Positions 1-11,548 of a stretch of DNA of 64,000 nucleotides are shown here, in pieces. The first letter of the stretch is position 1. Each line of letters opens with the position of its first letter. The stretch spans positions 1,046 through 65,045 of the forward strand of contig MWBW01000010.1 of NCBI GenBank assembly GCA_002069725.1, given 5' to 3'. The position numbers and the translations under genes were made by a program. Under the pieces are notes generated by a model, which saw only the letters and a program-made list of their open reading frames with translations, was not told where the DNA came from and made no database searches. This DNA comes from Firmicutes bacterium ADurb.Bin248. Lineage in GTDB: Bacteria > Bacillota > Clostridia > Christensenellales > CAG-138.

Positions 1-1599
1 GACGCCCTTGCCGCCGCGGTTCTGTGCCTTGTAGGTGTCGGGAGAAACGCGCTTGACGTACCCGAGGTGGGTCATGGTGACGGCCATGTCCTCCTCCTGG
101 ATGATGTCGTCGAGGTCGATGTCGTCGCTGGCGGGCTCTATGGCGGTGCGGCGCTCGTCCGCGAACTTGCGGCGGATCTCCAATATTTCCCCGCGGATGA
201 CGGCAAGCAGCTTGCTCTCGTCGGCGAGCACGCTCTCGTAGTAATCGACGATCTTTTTGAGCTCGTCCCGCTCCGCGAGGATTTTCTCGCGCTCGAGGCC
301 GGTCAGGCGCGCGAGGCGCATGTCGAGTATCGCCTGCGCCTGCTTCTCAGAGAGGCCGAAGCGCGCGCACAGAGCGGCCTTCGCGGCCGGCACGCTCTCG
401 GAGCGCTTGATGATGTCCACGACCTCGTCTATGTTGTCGAGCGCGATCAGAAGCCCTTCGAGTATGTGCAGGCGCTCCCTGGCGCGGTCGAGGTCGTACT
501 GCGTCCTTCTCGTGACGACCTGCTGCTGGAAGCGCAGGTAGTGATGGAGCATTTCGCGCAGGTTCAGCACCTTGGGTTCGCCGTCCACGAGGCAGAGCAT
601 GATCACGCCGAAGGTATCCTGCATCTGCGTGTGCTTGTAAAGCTGGTTTAATATGACGTTGGCGTTGACGTCGCGCTTGAGTTCGACGACGATGCGCATG
701 CCGTGGCGGTCCGTCTCGTCGCGCAGCGCAGATATGCCCTCGATGCGGCGGTCGTGCACGAGTTCGGCGATCTTCTCGACCAGACGCGCCTTGTTGACCT
801 GATACGGGATCTCCGTGACCACGATGCGGCTCCTGCCGCCGCCCATCTCCTCGATTTCAGCTTTCGCGCGGACGATCACCTTGCCGCGCCCCGTGCGGTA
901 GGCCTGGCGTATGCCCGCGTTGCCCATGATGATGCCTGCCGTGGGGAAATCCGGGCCGGGAATGTATGCCATGAGTTCCTCGACCGTGACGTCGCGGTTG
1001 TCGATCATGGCGACGTATGCGTCTATGACTTCGCCCAGGTTGTGCGGCGGTATGTTCGTCGCCATGCCCACGGCGATGCCGCCCGAGCCGTTGACCAGAA
1101 GGTTCGGATAGCGGCTCGGCAGCACGGTCGGCTGCATGAGCGTTTCGTCGAAGTTGGGGTAGAAATCGACGGTGTTTTTGCCGATGTCGGCCATCATCTC
1201 GTCGGAGAGCTTCGAGAGCCGCGCCTCGGTGTAACGCATGGCCGCGGCACTGTCGCCGTCGACTGAGCCGAAGTTGCCCTGCCCCTCGACGAGCATATAG
1301 CGCGTGTTGAAGTCCTGCGCGAGGCGCACCATGGCGTCGTAGACCGAGCTGTCGCCGTGCGGGTGGTATTTGCCCAGCACGTCGCCCACGATACGCGCGC
1401 TCTTGTGGAAGGGCTTGTCTGCGGTGAAGCCCTGCTCGTCCATCGAGTAGAGTATGCGCCGGTGCACGGGCTTGAGCCCGTCGCGCACGTCGGGCAGCGC
1501 CCGGTCCACGATGACCGCCATGGCGTAGGAAATGAAGCTGCGCTTCATTTCCGCTTCGATGTCAAGGGGGAGAATACGGGGACTTAATTTTTCGTCCAT
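1..1599 (-). CDS. gyrA: DNA gyrase subunit A, N-terminal 533 codons (3' part runs off the window start)
   Basis: Absent from the ORF track because there is no stop inside the window. My translation of the minus strand from ATG 1599..1597 gives [53 protein letters not shown]...[53 protein letters not shown]. This is the GyrA breakage-reunion domain with the AAMRYTE active-site motif. It lies immediately downstream of gyrB. Confidence 0.95.
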   Translation of the reverse strand, partial: MDEKLSPRILPLDIEAEMKRSFISYAMAVIVDRALPDVRDGLKPVHRRILYSMDEQGFTADKPFHKSARIVGDVLGKYHPHGDSSVYDAMVRLAQDFNTRYMLVEGQGNFGSVDGDSAAAMRYTEARLSKLSDEMMADIGKNTVDFYPNFDETLMQPTVLPSRYPNLLVNGSGGIAVGMATNIPPHNLGEVIDAYVAMIDNRDVTVEELMAYIPGPDFPTAGIIMGNAGIRQAYRTGRGKVIVRAKAEIEEMGGGRSRIVVTEIPYQVNKARLVEKIAELVHDRRIEGISALRDETDRHGMRIVVELKRDVNANVILNQLYKHTQMQDTFGVIMLCLVDGEPKVLNLREMLHHYLRFQQQVVTRRTQYDLDRARERLHILEGLLIALDNIDEVVDIIKRSESVPAAKAALCARFGLSEKQAQAILDMRLARLTGLEREKILAERDELKKIVDYYESVLADESKLLAVIRGEILEIRRKFADERRTAIEPASDDIDLDDIIQEEDMAVTMTHLGYVKRVSPDTYKAQNRGGKGV

Positions 1600-1612
1600 T
1601 TCATTACCTCTG

Positions 1613-3574
<1,962 letters not shown>

Positions 3575-4693
3575 TTATACGGCCGTCAATGTGCCGTTTT
3601 TGCACAAAAAGGCCGGTATATTGCTCATATCCATGCCCGCGCGTTTGAGCCCCTCGAGGCTCACGCAGGTCAAAAAGCTCTGGCAGTCGTGCATGGCCTC
3701 GAACAGCGCCCTCTGGCGGAGCTCGTCCAGCTCGCTGAGCACGTCGTCGAGCAGCAGCACGGGCGGCTCCCCGCGGTCCTCGCGCAAAAGCTCCAGCTCC
3801 GAAAGCTTCACGGAGAGCGCGGCGGTCCTCTGCTGCCCCTGCGAGCCGAAGGTGCGCACGCTGCCGCCCGAAAGCGATACGGCCACGTCGTCCCTGTGCG
3901 GGCCGGAGTTCGTGTAGCCGCGGCGGATGTCCTCCGCAACGCCGCCGTAGAGCGCGTCCGCGAACGCTTCCTCAAGCCCGCCGCCGTTCGGCTTCACGTT
4001 GGGGTCGTAGGCGAGCGCCAGGCTCTCGCGGCCGCCGGAAATTTCCCGGTGCAGGCGCGCGGCGATGGCTGCGAGCTTCCCAATGAACTCCGCGCGCCTT
4101 TGCATGATGTCCGCGCCCAGCGTGATGAGCTGCTCGTCCCAGACGTAGAGCTCGCGCCGCAGCGCCTCCCCCGTCCTCTCCTTGACGGCCTCGGGCCGGA
4201 GCAGGGCGTTTCGCTCGCGCAGCGCCTTGTTGTAGCGCTGCAGCGCGAAATAATAGGCCGGGCGGAACTGGCTCAGTTCCATGTCGAGGAAGCGACGCCG
4301 TTCGGCCGGGCCGCCCTTGACGAGCTCGAGGTCCTCAGGCGAGAACATCACAACGTTGAGCACGCCCATAAGCTCGCCGCTTCGCTCGCACGCGGCCTTG
4401 TCGATGAAGAGCTGCTTGCGCTCCCCGTCCCGCAGCTTGACCTCGACGGAGCGGCTGCCCGCGCGCGTCATGACGTCGAGCCCGACGTACGCGCCGCTCA
4501 TGCCGGAGGAAATCAGCTCGGCGTCGCGCGGCGTCCTGTGGGAGCGGCCGAAGGCGCATAAAAAAACCGCTTCGACAGCGTTGGTCTTGCCCTGCGCGTT
4601 CTCTCCGAAGATGACGTTGAGGCCGCCTCCGGGCGCGAGCCGGAGCGATTCGTAGTTGCGGAAATAATTCAATTTCAGCCGCTCAACCTGCAT
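3575..4693 (-). CDS. recF: DNA replication/repair protein RecF
   Basis: 372 aa. MQVERLKLNYFRNYESLRL...NVIFGENAQGKTNAVEAV (Walker A), SGGQQRTAALSVKL (signature) and PPVLLLDDVLSELD (Walker B). Classical recF-gyrB-gyrA order. Confidence 0.93.
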   Translation of the reverse strand: MQVERLKLNYFRNYESLRLAPGGGLNVIFGENAQGKTNAVEAVFLCAFGRSHRTPRDAELISSGMSGAYVGLDVMTRAGSRSVEVKLRDGERKQLFIDKAACERSGELMGVLNVVMFSPEDLELVKGGPAERRRFLDMELSQFRPAYYFALQRYNKALRERNALLRPEAVKERTGEALRRELYVWDEQLITLGADIMQRRAEFIGKLAAIAARLHREISGGRESLALAYDPNVKPNGGGLEEAFADALYGGVAEDIRRGYTNSGPHRDDVAVSLSGGSVRTFGSQGQQRTAALSVKLSELELLREDRGEPPVLLLDDVLSELDELRQRALFEAMHDCQSFLTCVSLEGLKRAGMDMSNIPAFLCKNGTLTAV

Positions 4694-4816
4694 TCCGCGC
4701 CCTTTCTTCCAAGCTTATTTTACCACGAAAACACGTGCTTAACAAGCTTTTGTTTATTATTATAAGAAGAAAGGGCATAAAAAACGCGTTTTGCGGTGCT
4801 TTGCGCGTCCGCGCGG

Positions 4817-4845
4817 TTGACATTTTCGCGAAGCGAGGAAATAAT
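4817..4845 (+). promoter_or_regulatory. Candidate sigma-A promoter for the cca-like gene (TTGACA-17-AATAAT)
   Basis: TTGACA at 4817-4822, 17-nt spacer, AATAAT at 4840-4845. The ATG at 4852 lies only 6 nt after the -10, so the mRNA could be leaderless. Alternatively GAGGAA at 4835-4840 serves as an RBS for a transcript starting further upstream. Confidence 0.35.
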
Positions 4846-4851
4846 AGGGCT

Positions 4852-6255
4852 ATGAAAAGCTTTCCGTTGAGCCAGAACCTGATGCGCCTCGCCCGTGCCT
4901 TTCGCGAAGCGGGCCATACGCTCTACGCCGTGGGCGGCATGGTGCGAAACCCGCTGCTCGGCCTGCCCGTGAGCGACGCGGACGTCTGCTCCGCCATGCG
5001 CCCGGACGGGGTCAAAGCTCTGTGCGAAAAAGAGGGCTTCGGCTGCTTCCCCAAGGGCGCGGCCTTCGGCACGCTCGACCTCGTCGCGGGCTGCGGCGCG
5101 GCGCGCGAGAAGTTCGAGTACGCGTGCTTTCGGAGCGAATCCTACGGCCGCGGCGGCGCGCACAGGCCGGAAAGGATCGCCTACTCCGACTCGCTCGAGC
5201 AGGACGCCTTCCGCCGCGACTTCACAATCAACGCAATCTACCTCGACATACTCGAAAGCCGCGTCGTAGACCCGACGGGCGGTATGGCCGACCTTCAAAG
5301 GAAACGTGTCCGCGCGACATCGCCCGACCCCGGCCTCATCATGGGGGACGACGCCCTGCGTATCCTTCGCATGGCGCGCTTCGCGGCGCAGCTCGGCTTT
5401 ACCATCGACCCCGCGACGATGGACGCCGCGCGCGCGCACGCCCGGGGCCTGCTGGATATTTCCCCCGAGCGGATCTGGGAGGAACTGACGAAGCTCCTGC
5501 TCGCGGACGCGCGCTACGGCGCGGGGCGGGAAAGCCTTCTGTACGGCCTCGAGGCGCTTCAGGCCTGCGGCGCGTATGAAACCATGCTGCCCGAGCTCGC
5601 GGCCTGCGCGGGCGTCGCGCAGAAGGCGCAGTACCACGCCTACGACGTGCTCGGCCACAGCCTGCGCGCAACGGCGGTCGCGCCCCCGGCGCTTTCGATC
5701 CGCCTCGCGATGCTGCTGCACGACGTGGGCAAGCCCGTTTCCCTCGCCCAAAGCGGCAGTATGCACGGACACGAGCTTTCCGGCGCGGAACTGGCGGACG
5801 CGGCGCTCCGCCGCCTGCGCTGCCCCAACGCGCTCCGGCGCGAGGTCATGACGCTCGTGCGCTGGCATATGTACGACCTCAAGGGCGAGGCGCGCGAATG
5901 CAAGGTGAGGCGCCGCTTCGTCGAGCTTGGCCGAGACATCGCGCACAAACTCTGCGACGTGCGCGAGGCGGACGTACACGGCAGCGGCCTGTGGGAAGGC
6001 CCCGTGCCCACGGCCGAGCGCTGGCGGGACATCCTCTCCCAAATGGAGCGCGAGGGCGCGCCGTTCACCGAGGGCGAGCTCGCCTGCACGGGCGACGACA
6101 TCGCCGCGTGGCTTTCCATCAGGCCCGGCGCGCGCATCGGGGAAATCAAGCGGGCGCTTCTGATGCACTGCGCCTGCAAACCCGGGGACAACACCGGGGA
6201 AAAGCTGCGCGCGCTCGCGCGCGACATGCAAAGGGGAAGCGCATGCGACAATTGA
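4852..6255 (+). CDS. tRNA nucleotidyltransferase / poly(A) polymerase family protein with HD domain (CCA-adding-enzyme-like)
   Basis: Internal ATG of track ORF 4735..6255. MKSFPLSQNLMRLARAFREAGHTLYAVGGMVRNPLLGLPVSDADVCS (GG-x-VRD/N, DxD nucleotidyltransferase core), RRDFTINAIY motif, and the later HDVGKP HD motif. Confidence 0.8.
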   Translation: MKSFPLSQNLMRLARAFREAGHTLYAVGGMVRNPLLGLPVSDADVCSAMRPDGVKALCEKEGFGCFPKGAAFGTLDLVAGCGAAREKFEYACFRSESYGRGGAHRPERIAYSDSLEQDAFRRDFTINAIYLDILESRVVDPTGGMADLQRKRVRATSPDPGLIMGDDALRILRMARFAAQLGFTIDPATMDAARAHARGLLDISPERIWEELTKLLLADARYGAGRESLLYGLEALQACGAYETMLPELAACAGVAQKAQYHAYDVLGHSLRATAVAPPALSIRLAMLLHDVGKPVSLAQSGSMHGHELSGAELADAALRRLRCPNALRREVMTLVRWHMYDLKGEARECKVRRRFVELGRDIAHKLCDVREADVHGSGLWEGPVPTAERWRDILSQMEREGAPFTEGELACTGDDIAAWLSIRPGARIGEIKRALLMHCACKPGDNTGEKLRALARDMQRGSACDN

Positions 6256-6313
6256 CGGACGGTACGAAAAAAACACGCGCGCCTTCTTGCGACATGCAAA
6301 GGGGAAATTCCGT

Positions 6314-7636
6314 ATGAGCGACACCATCTTCGCCCCCGCGACGCCTCTGGGCGGCGCCATCGCGGTATTGCGCATATCCGGGCCGGGCGCGCGCGCGGCG
6401 CTGGAAACCGTCTTTTTGTCGAAAGGCGCGCTCATTGCCCGGGAAATGAGGTTCGGCAGGCTCGTCGAGGGCGCGCAAGTCCTCGACGAATGCATGGCCT
6501 GCTTCTTCGCAGCGCCCGCGAGCTACACGGGCGAGGACATGGCGGAAGTTTACATCCACGGCTCCCAGGCGGTGGCGCGGCGCGCGCTGGCGCTGTTCTC
6601 CTCCCTTGGGCTTCGCCCCGCGGAGCCGGGCGAGTTCACCAGGCGCGCGTTCCTCAACGGAAAGATGTCCCTCTCGCGCGCGGAGGCCGTGATGGACCTC
6701 ATCAACGCGAGCACGGAGCGCGGCGCGAAAAGCGCCGTCGAACAGCTCGAGGGCAGCGTCGGCCGCATAGCCGGAGAGCTTGAGGAGGAGCTCCTCGACC
6801 TGCTCGCGGGCGCGGACGCGGCGCTCGATTATCCCGACGAGCTCGAGGAGGACACGCTTACGCTTATACCCGAGCGCGCGAGGGAGATCATGCTGCGGCT
6901 CGACGCGCTCATATCCGCGGGCGCGAAGGGAAGGCTTCTGCGCGAGGGGGCGGTCGTGGCGATACTCGGCATGCCCAACGCGGGCAAATCCTCGCTGTTC
7001 AACGCGCTCGTCGGGCACGCGCGCGCCATCGTGACGAGACTTCCCGGCACCACGCGCGACACGCTCGAGGAAACGGTTTCCATAGACGGCGTGCCCGTGC
7101 GCCTCGTGGATACGGCGGGGCTGCGCGAGGCGGCGGACGAGGCGGAGCAACTCGGCGTCGCACGCGCGCGGGCCGCGGCGGAGCGGGCGGACGCGCTCGT
7201 GCTCGCCTTCGACGCGGCCGGGGAGTTGGACGTCGAGGAAACGGATTTGCTCGAGGCGACGGCGGGCCGTCCCCGCGTGGCGGCGCTGTGCAAGGGCGAT
7301 TTGCCCCAGGTCCTCCGGCCGGACGCGCTCGCGCCGTACGCAATAGAAACCGTAACCGTCAGTTCCGTCACGGGCGAAGGGCTCGGCGCGCTCCGCCGCG
7401 CGCTCGCCGCGCGCCTTTTGCCCGAGGGGGAAAGCGCGCTCGTCACGAACGCCCGCCACATAGACGCGCTGATGCGCGCGCGCGACGCCCTCGCGGCCAT
7501 AGACCCGCGGGACGGCGCGGACTGCGCCGCCGTGCTGCTGCAAAGCGCCCTCTCGGCCCTTGGCGCCATCAGCGGGCGGGACGTGACCGAGGACGTCATC
7601 GAGCGCATCTTCGAGAAGTTCTGCGTGGGGAAGTAA
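6314..7636 (+). CDS. mnmE: tRNA modification GTPase MnmE
   Basis: MSDTIFAPATPLGGAIAVLRISGPGA N-terminus. G-domain VAILGMPNAGKSSLFNAL...TRDTLEE...LVDTAGLRE. Characteristic C-terminal FCVGK*. Start chosen at ATG 6314 (track ORF starts at 6287). Confidence 0.93.
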   Translation: MSDTIFAPATPLGGAIAVLRISGPGARAALETVFLSKGALIAREMRFGRLVEGAQVLDECMACFFAAPASYTGEDMAEVYIHGSQAVARRALALFSSLGLRPAEPGEFTRRAFLNGKMSLSRAEAVMDLINASTERGAKSAVEQLEGSVGRIAGELEEELLDLLAGADAALDYPDELEEDTLTLIPERAREIMLRLDALISAGAKGRLLREGAVVAILGMPNAGKSSLFNALVGHARAIVTRLPGTTRDTLEETVSIDGVPVRLVDTAGLREAADEAEQLGVARARAAAERADALVLAFDAAGELDVEETDLLEATAGRPRVAALCKGDLPQVLRPDALAPYAIETVTVSSVTGEGLGALRRALAARLLPEGESALVTNARHIDALMRARDALAAIDPRDGADCAAVLLQSALSALGAISGRDVTEDVIERIFEKFCVGK

Positions 7637-7830
7637 TAATTGACAATTGACAATTGACAATGGACAATTGACAATCAAAAACGCCGCCTGCGGGCGGGGA
7701 CGAGAGCAATTGACAATTGACAATGGACAATTGTCAATCAAAAACGCCGCCTGCGGACGGGGACGAGAGCAATTGACAATGGACAATTGACAATCAAAAA
7801 CGCCGCCACGGGCGCGATTTTTCTGTTTTC
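7637..7830 (+). repeat. Heptad-array + GC-hairpin composite repeat, array A (3 units)
   Basis: Tandem CAATTGA/CAATGGA heptads (8 exact TTGACA). Each block ends CAATCAAAAACGCCGCC-TGCG-GGCGGGGACGAGAG. The middle unit is exactly 63 bp. The third unit degenerates into a hairpin plus ATTTTTCTGTTTTC. The array starts 1 nt after the mnmE stop. Confidence 0.9.
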
Positions 7831-7941
7831 TTCATAAGCGTTGGGGATTCTGTGGAAGATGACCAAACGGAAGCCGCCGGGAACCGTCCCCACCCTTTCA
7901 AAAGGAAAATCCGCGGGCGGATGTCCTTCCCCGCCGAAGCT

Positions 7942-7976
7942 AAAAAAACGGCCTTCGCCTGTTAAAGCGAAGACCG
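7942..7976 (-). terminator. Rho-independent terminator downstream of the SH3b-sortase gene
   Basis: Minus strand reads CGGTCTTCGC-TTTAACAG-GCGAAGGCCG followed by TTTTTTT. Confidence 0.7.
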
Positions 7977-8006
7977 TTTGACTTATGCCCGATTGCCAAT
8001 TTTCAA

Positions 8007-9389
8007 TTATCCAACCGCCTTGAGCAGCATGTACATCCTTTGGTAGCTGTCGCCCGAGCTGTCCGCGCAGGTTACGATGACCATGACCTTGTCGTTCGAA
8101 GTCATGGAGCCGAGCGTCGCGCCCTTGTAGGAGGAGTTGCAGTAACCCATCATGTAGTTGATCCACTCCTGCAGCGCGGCGCCGGTGCGGTAGGACTGCA
8201 TGGCCGCCATAAGCTGGATGTTCTTGCGCGTGGTGGAGGAGCTGACGGTCGAGCTGGAGGCCTCGAAGAAGCCTACGAGCTGCCAGCGGGAAGAGCCGTT
8301 GTAGTTGATGTTGAACACGCTCGTCTTCGCGCCGGAGCAATCCTTGCCGCAGTATTCGCACTTGGCCTTGCCCAGCCACGCGTTCTGCACGTGGTGGAGC
8401 TGGTGCATGCCCGTGCCGGACTTGCGCATGTTGTGGCCGTAGATGACCGCGATGGGGTTGGTGAGGTAGCTCAGCGCGTAGAAGTAGTTGTAGCTCGAGG
8501 AGTACGCGTTGTAATAGAAGTTGCCCTTCTTGTCTATGGCGTTGCAGTAGATGGCCTGGCTGATGTTGGTGCCGTCCACCTGCATGTAGCCCCACTGGTC
8601 CGCCGAGGAACCCGTATAACTGGCATAGGAAAGCGTGCCGCCGGTCGTGCCGCTCGTGGCCCCGCCGGAAGTGCCGCCGGTGGTGCCGCCCGGCGCGCTT
8701 GAGATCTTGACGTACGGCCCGTAGATCCAGCCGGTGTAGGTCTTATAGTTGACCTTCCAGTATTTGCCGCCCGAGGTGTTGTCGAGTATGACCACGCTCG
8801 CGCCCTTGGGTATGGTGTTGCAGCCGGAAACCTTCGCGGACGAGGTGTCCGAGCCTATGCGGAAGTTGCACGTCGCGGTCGTCACGCCGTAGACGGTCGT
8901 GTTCGACGCGGTGCCGCCCGAGGTCGAGCCCGAGGTGGAGCCCGAGGAGCTTCCGCCGCCGAGGCTACCCGTGGTGCCGCCCGAGGTCGAGCCGGAAGTC
9001 GGGCCGCCGGAAGTGCCGCTTGGGGTGCCGCCGCTGAGCGAACCGCTCGTGGTACCGCCGGAAGCGCCGCCCGAAGTCGAACCCGAGGTCGAGCCCGAGC
9101 CGGAAGCGTTGAGCTTGACGTACGCGCCGTAGATCCAGCCGGTGTAGGTCTTATAGGCGACCTTCCAGTATTCGCCGCCGGTGGTGTTGTCCAGGACGGT
9201 CACGCTCGCGCCCTTGGGGATGGATTTGCATTCCGCAACCTGGGCGTAGGACTGGCCCGGTCCCGTGCGGAAGTTGCATTTCGTCGTGGTGACGCCGGTG
9301 ACCGTTTCGGCAAGCGTCGCCGCCGGCAGGAGCGTGAGCAGCACGGCCAGCGCGAGCGCGGCTGCAAGCATGCGGTGTGTTTTGTTCAT
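8007..9389 (-). CDS. Secreted protein: signal peptide + 2 x SH3b domains + C-terminal class B sortase-like domain
   Basis: Start taken at MNKTHRMLAAALALAVLLTLLPAATLAETV (RBS AGGAAAGGA upstream). There are two SH3_3-like modules (CNFR(T/I)G...IPKGASV.(V/I)LDNT.GG.YWKV.YKTYTGWIYG.YVK) separated by G/S/T linkers. The C-terminus aligns by eye to S. aureus SrtB: GYMQVDGTNISQAIY ~ GWIKLSGTSLNYPVL; VIYGHNMRKSGTGM ~ ILYGHHVGDNTM; VIVTCADSSGDSYQR ~ LSTCEDAYSETTKR, with Cys-to-Arg spacing +10 in both. Confidence 0.75.
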   Translation of the reverse strand: MNKTHRMLAAALALAVLLTLLPAATLAETVTGVTTTKCNFRTGPGQSYAQVAECKSIPKGASVTVLDNTTGGEYWKVAYKTYTGWIYGAYVKLNASGSGSTSGSTSGGASGGTTSGSLSGGTPSGTSGGPTSGSTSGGTTGSLGGGSSSGSTSGSTSGGTASNTTVYGVTTATCNFRIGSDTSSAKVSGCNTIPKGASVVILDNTSGGKYWKVNYKTYTGWIYGPYVKISSAPGGTTGGTSGGATSGTTGGTLSYASYTGSSADQWGYMQVDGTNISQAIYCNAIDKKGNFYYNAYSSSYNYFYALSYLTNPIAVIYGHNMRKSGTGMHQLHHVQNAWLGKAKCEYCGKDCSGAKTSVFNINYNGSSRWQLVGFFEASSSTVSSSTTRKNIQLMAAMQSYRTGAALQEWINYMMGYCNSSYKGATLGSMTSNDKVMVIVTCADSSGDSYQRMYMLLKAVG

Positions 9390-9426
9390 GTACGTATCCT
9401 TTCCTTTCGTGGGTGAGCTTTTCAGG

Positions 9427-9999
9427 TCATGCCTGATCGTTTGGGTTTCCTGCGTCCGCGGCGCCCTCGTCCGCGCCGGTTTTGCGCGTGAATTCACCCT
9501 GCGCTTCCTCCTCCTCGTCAAAGACGAACGCCGCGCGCAGGGGATCGCCCTTGCTGGCCCCGCGGCGTTCCTGATCCTGCCGCTTGCGCGCTTCCTCCAT
9601 GGCCTTGCGGTCGGTAAGCACGGCGTTGACCACGATCAGCGCGAGAAGCGCCACGAGGCCGACCGCCCAGAGCACGGTGTTGATGACGCCGTATTCTTCG
9701 AGCGTCAGCGCGAGGTAGGTCGTGCCCGAGAGGTACTCGAAGGCGCTGTTGGCGAGGATGACGAGCGCTGCGAACGCGCAGATGAGCCGCATCAAAAGCC
9801 GGTAGGTCTCGGGTTTGCACTTGGGGAACTGGTTGTCGATGAGCTTGCCTTTTCCGCGTATGGCGCCCGCGAGCAGGTACACCGCGATGACCACCTTGAA
9901 AAGCACCATCACGAGGCCCGGGTTACCGGTTGCGGCCGCCGGCTCGGACGACGTTGCCGCGTCGTCCATCAGGAGCGTTGCGAATCTCAGGTATTCCAT
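9427..9999 (-). CDS. Hypothetical integral membrane protein (about 3 TM segments, acidic C-terminal tail)
   Basis: 190-aa ORF with hydrophobic stretches VMVLFKVVIAVYLLAGAI, LICAFAALVILANSAF and VLWAVGLVALLALIVVNAVL. It is 37 bp upstream of, and co-directional with, the SH3b-sortase gene. Confidence 0.5.
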   Translation of the reverse strand: MEYLRFATLLMDDAATSSEPAAATGNPGLVMVLFKVVIAVYLLAGAIRGKGKLIDNQFPKCKPETYRLLMRLICAFAALVILANSAFEYLSGTTYLALTLEEYGVINTVLWAVGLVALLALIVVNAVLTDRKAMEEARKRQDQERRGASKGDPLRAAFVFDEEEEAQGEFTRKTGADEGAADAGNPNDQA

Positions 10000-10139
10000 A
10001 GAACATCTCCATTTCCAAGTAATTGATATGATACCATTCCGAAGGCGCGATTAAACCCCCGAAACATAAAGTTCAAACAATGTTAACCGATACGGCGCGC
10101 CGAAGCCCGCGGAGCTTGTCAGGGGGCCGCGCCCCCGGA

Positions 10140-11537
<1,398 letters not shown>

Positions 11538-11548
11538 ATAACCCTTTC

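Noticed and set aside
4694-4851. recF-cca intergenic region as a possible oriC
   Set aside because: It is only 158 bp. There is an AT-rich patch (4748-4795), but I found no TTATCCACA/TGTGGATAA-like boxes and no dnaA nearby.
4720-7786. Minus-strand ORFs 4720..6495 (591 aa) and 6146..7786 (546 aa)
   Set aside because: They are antisense to the well-supported cca-like and mnmE genes. The second begins inside repeat array A (SIVNCSRPRPQAAFLI... is just the translated repeat).
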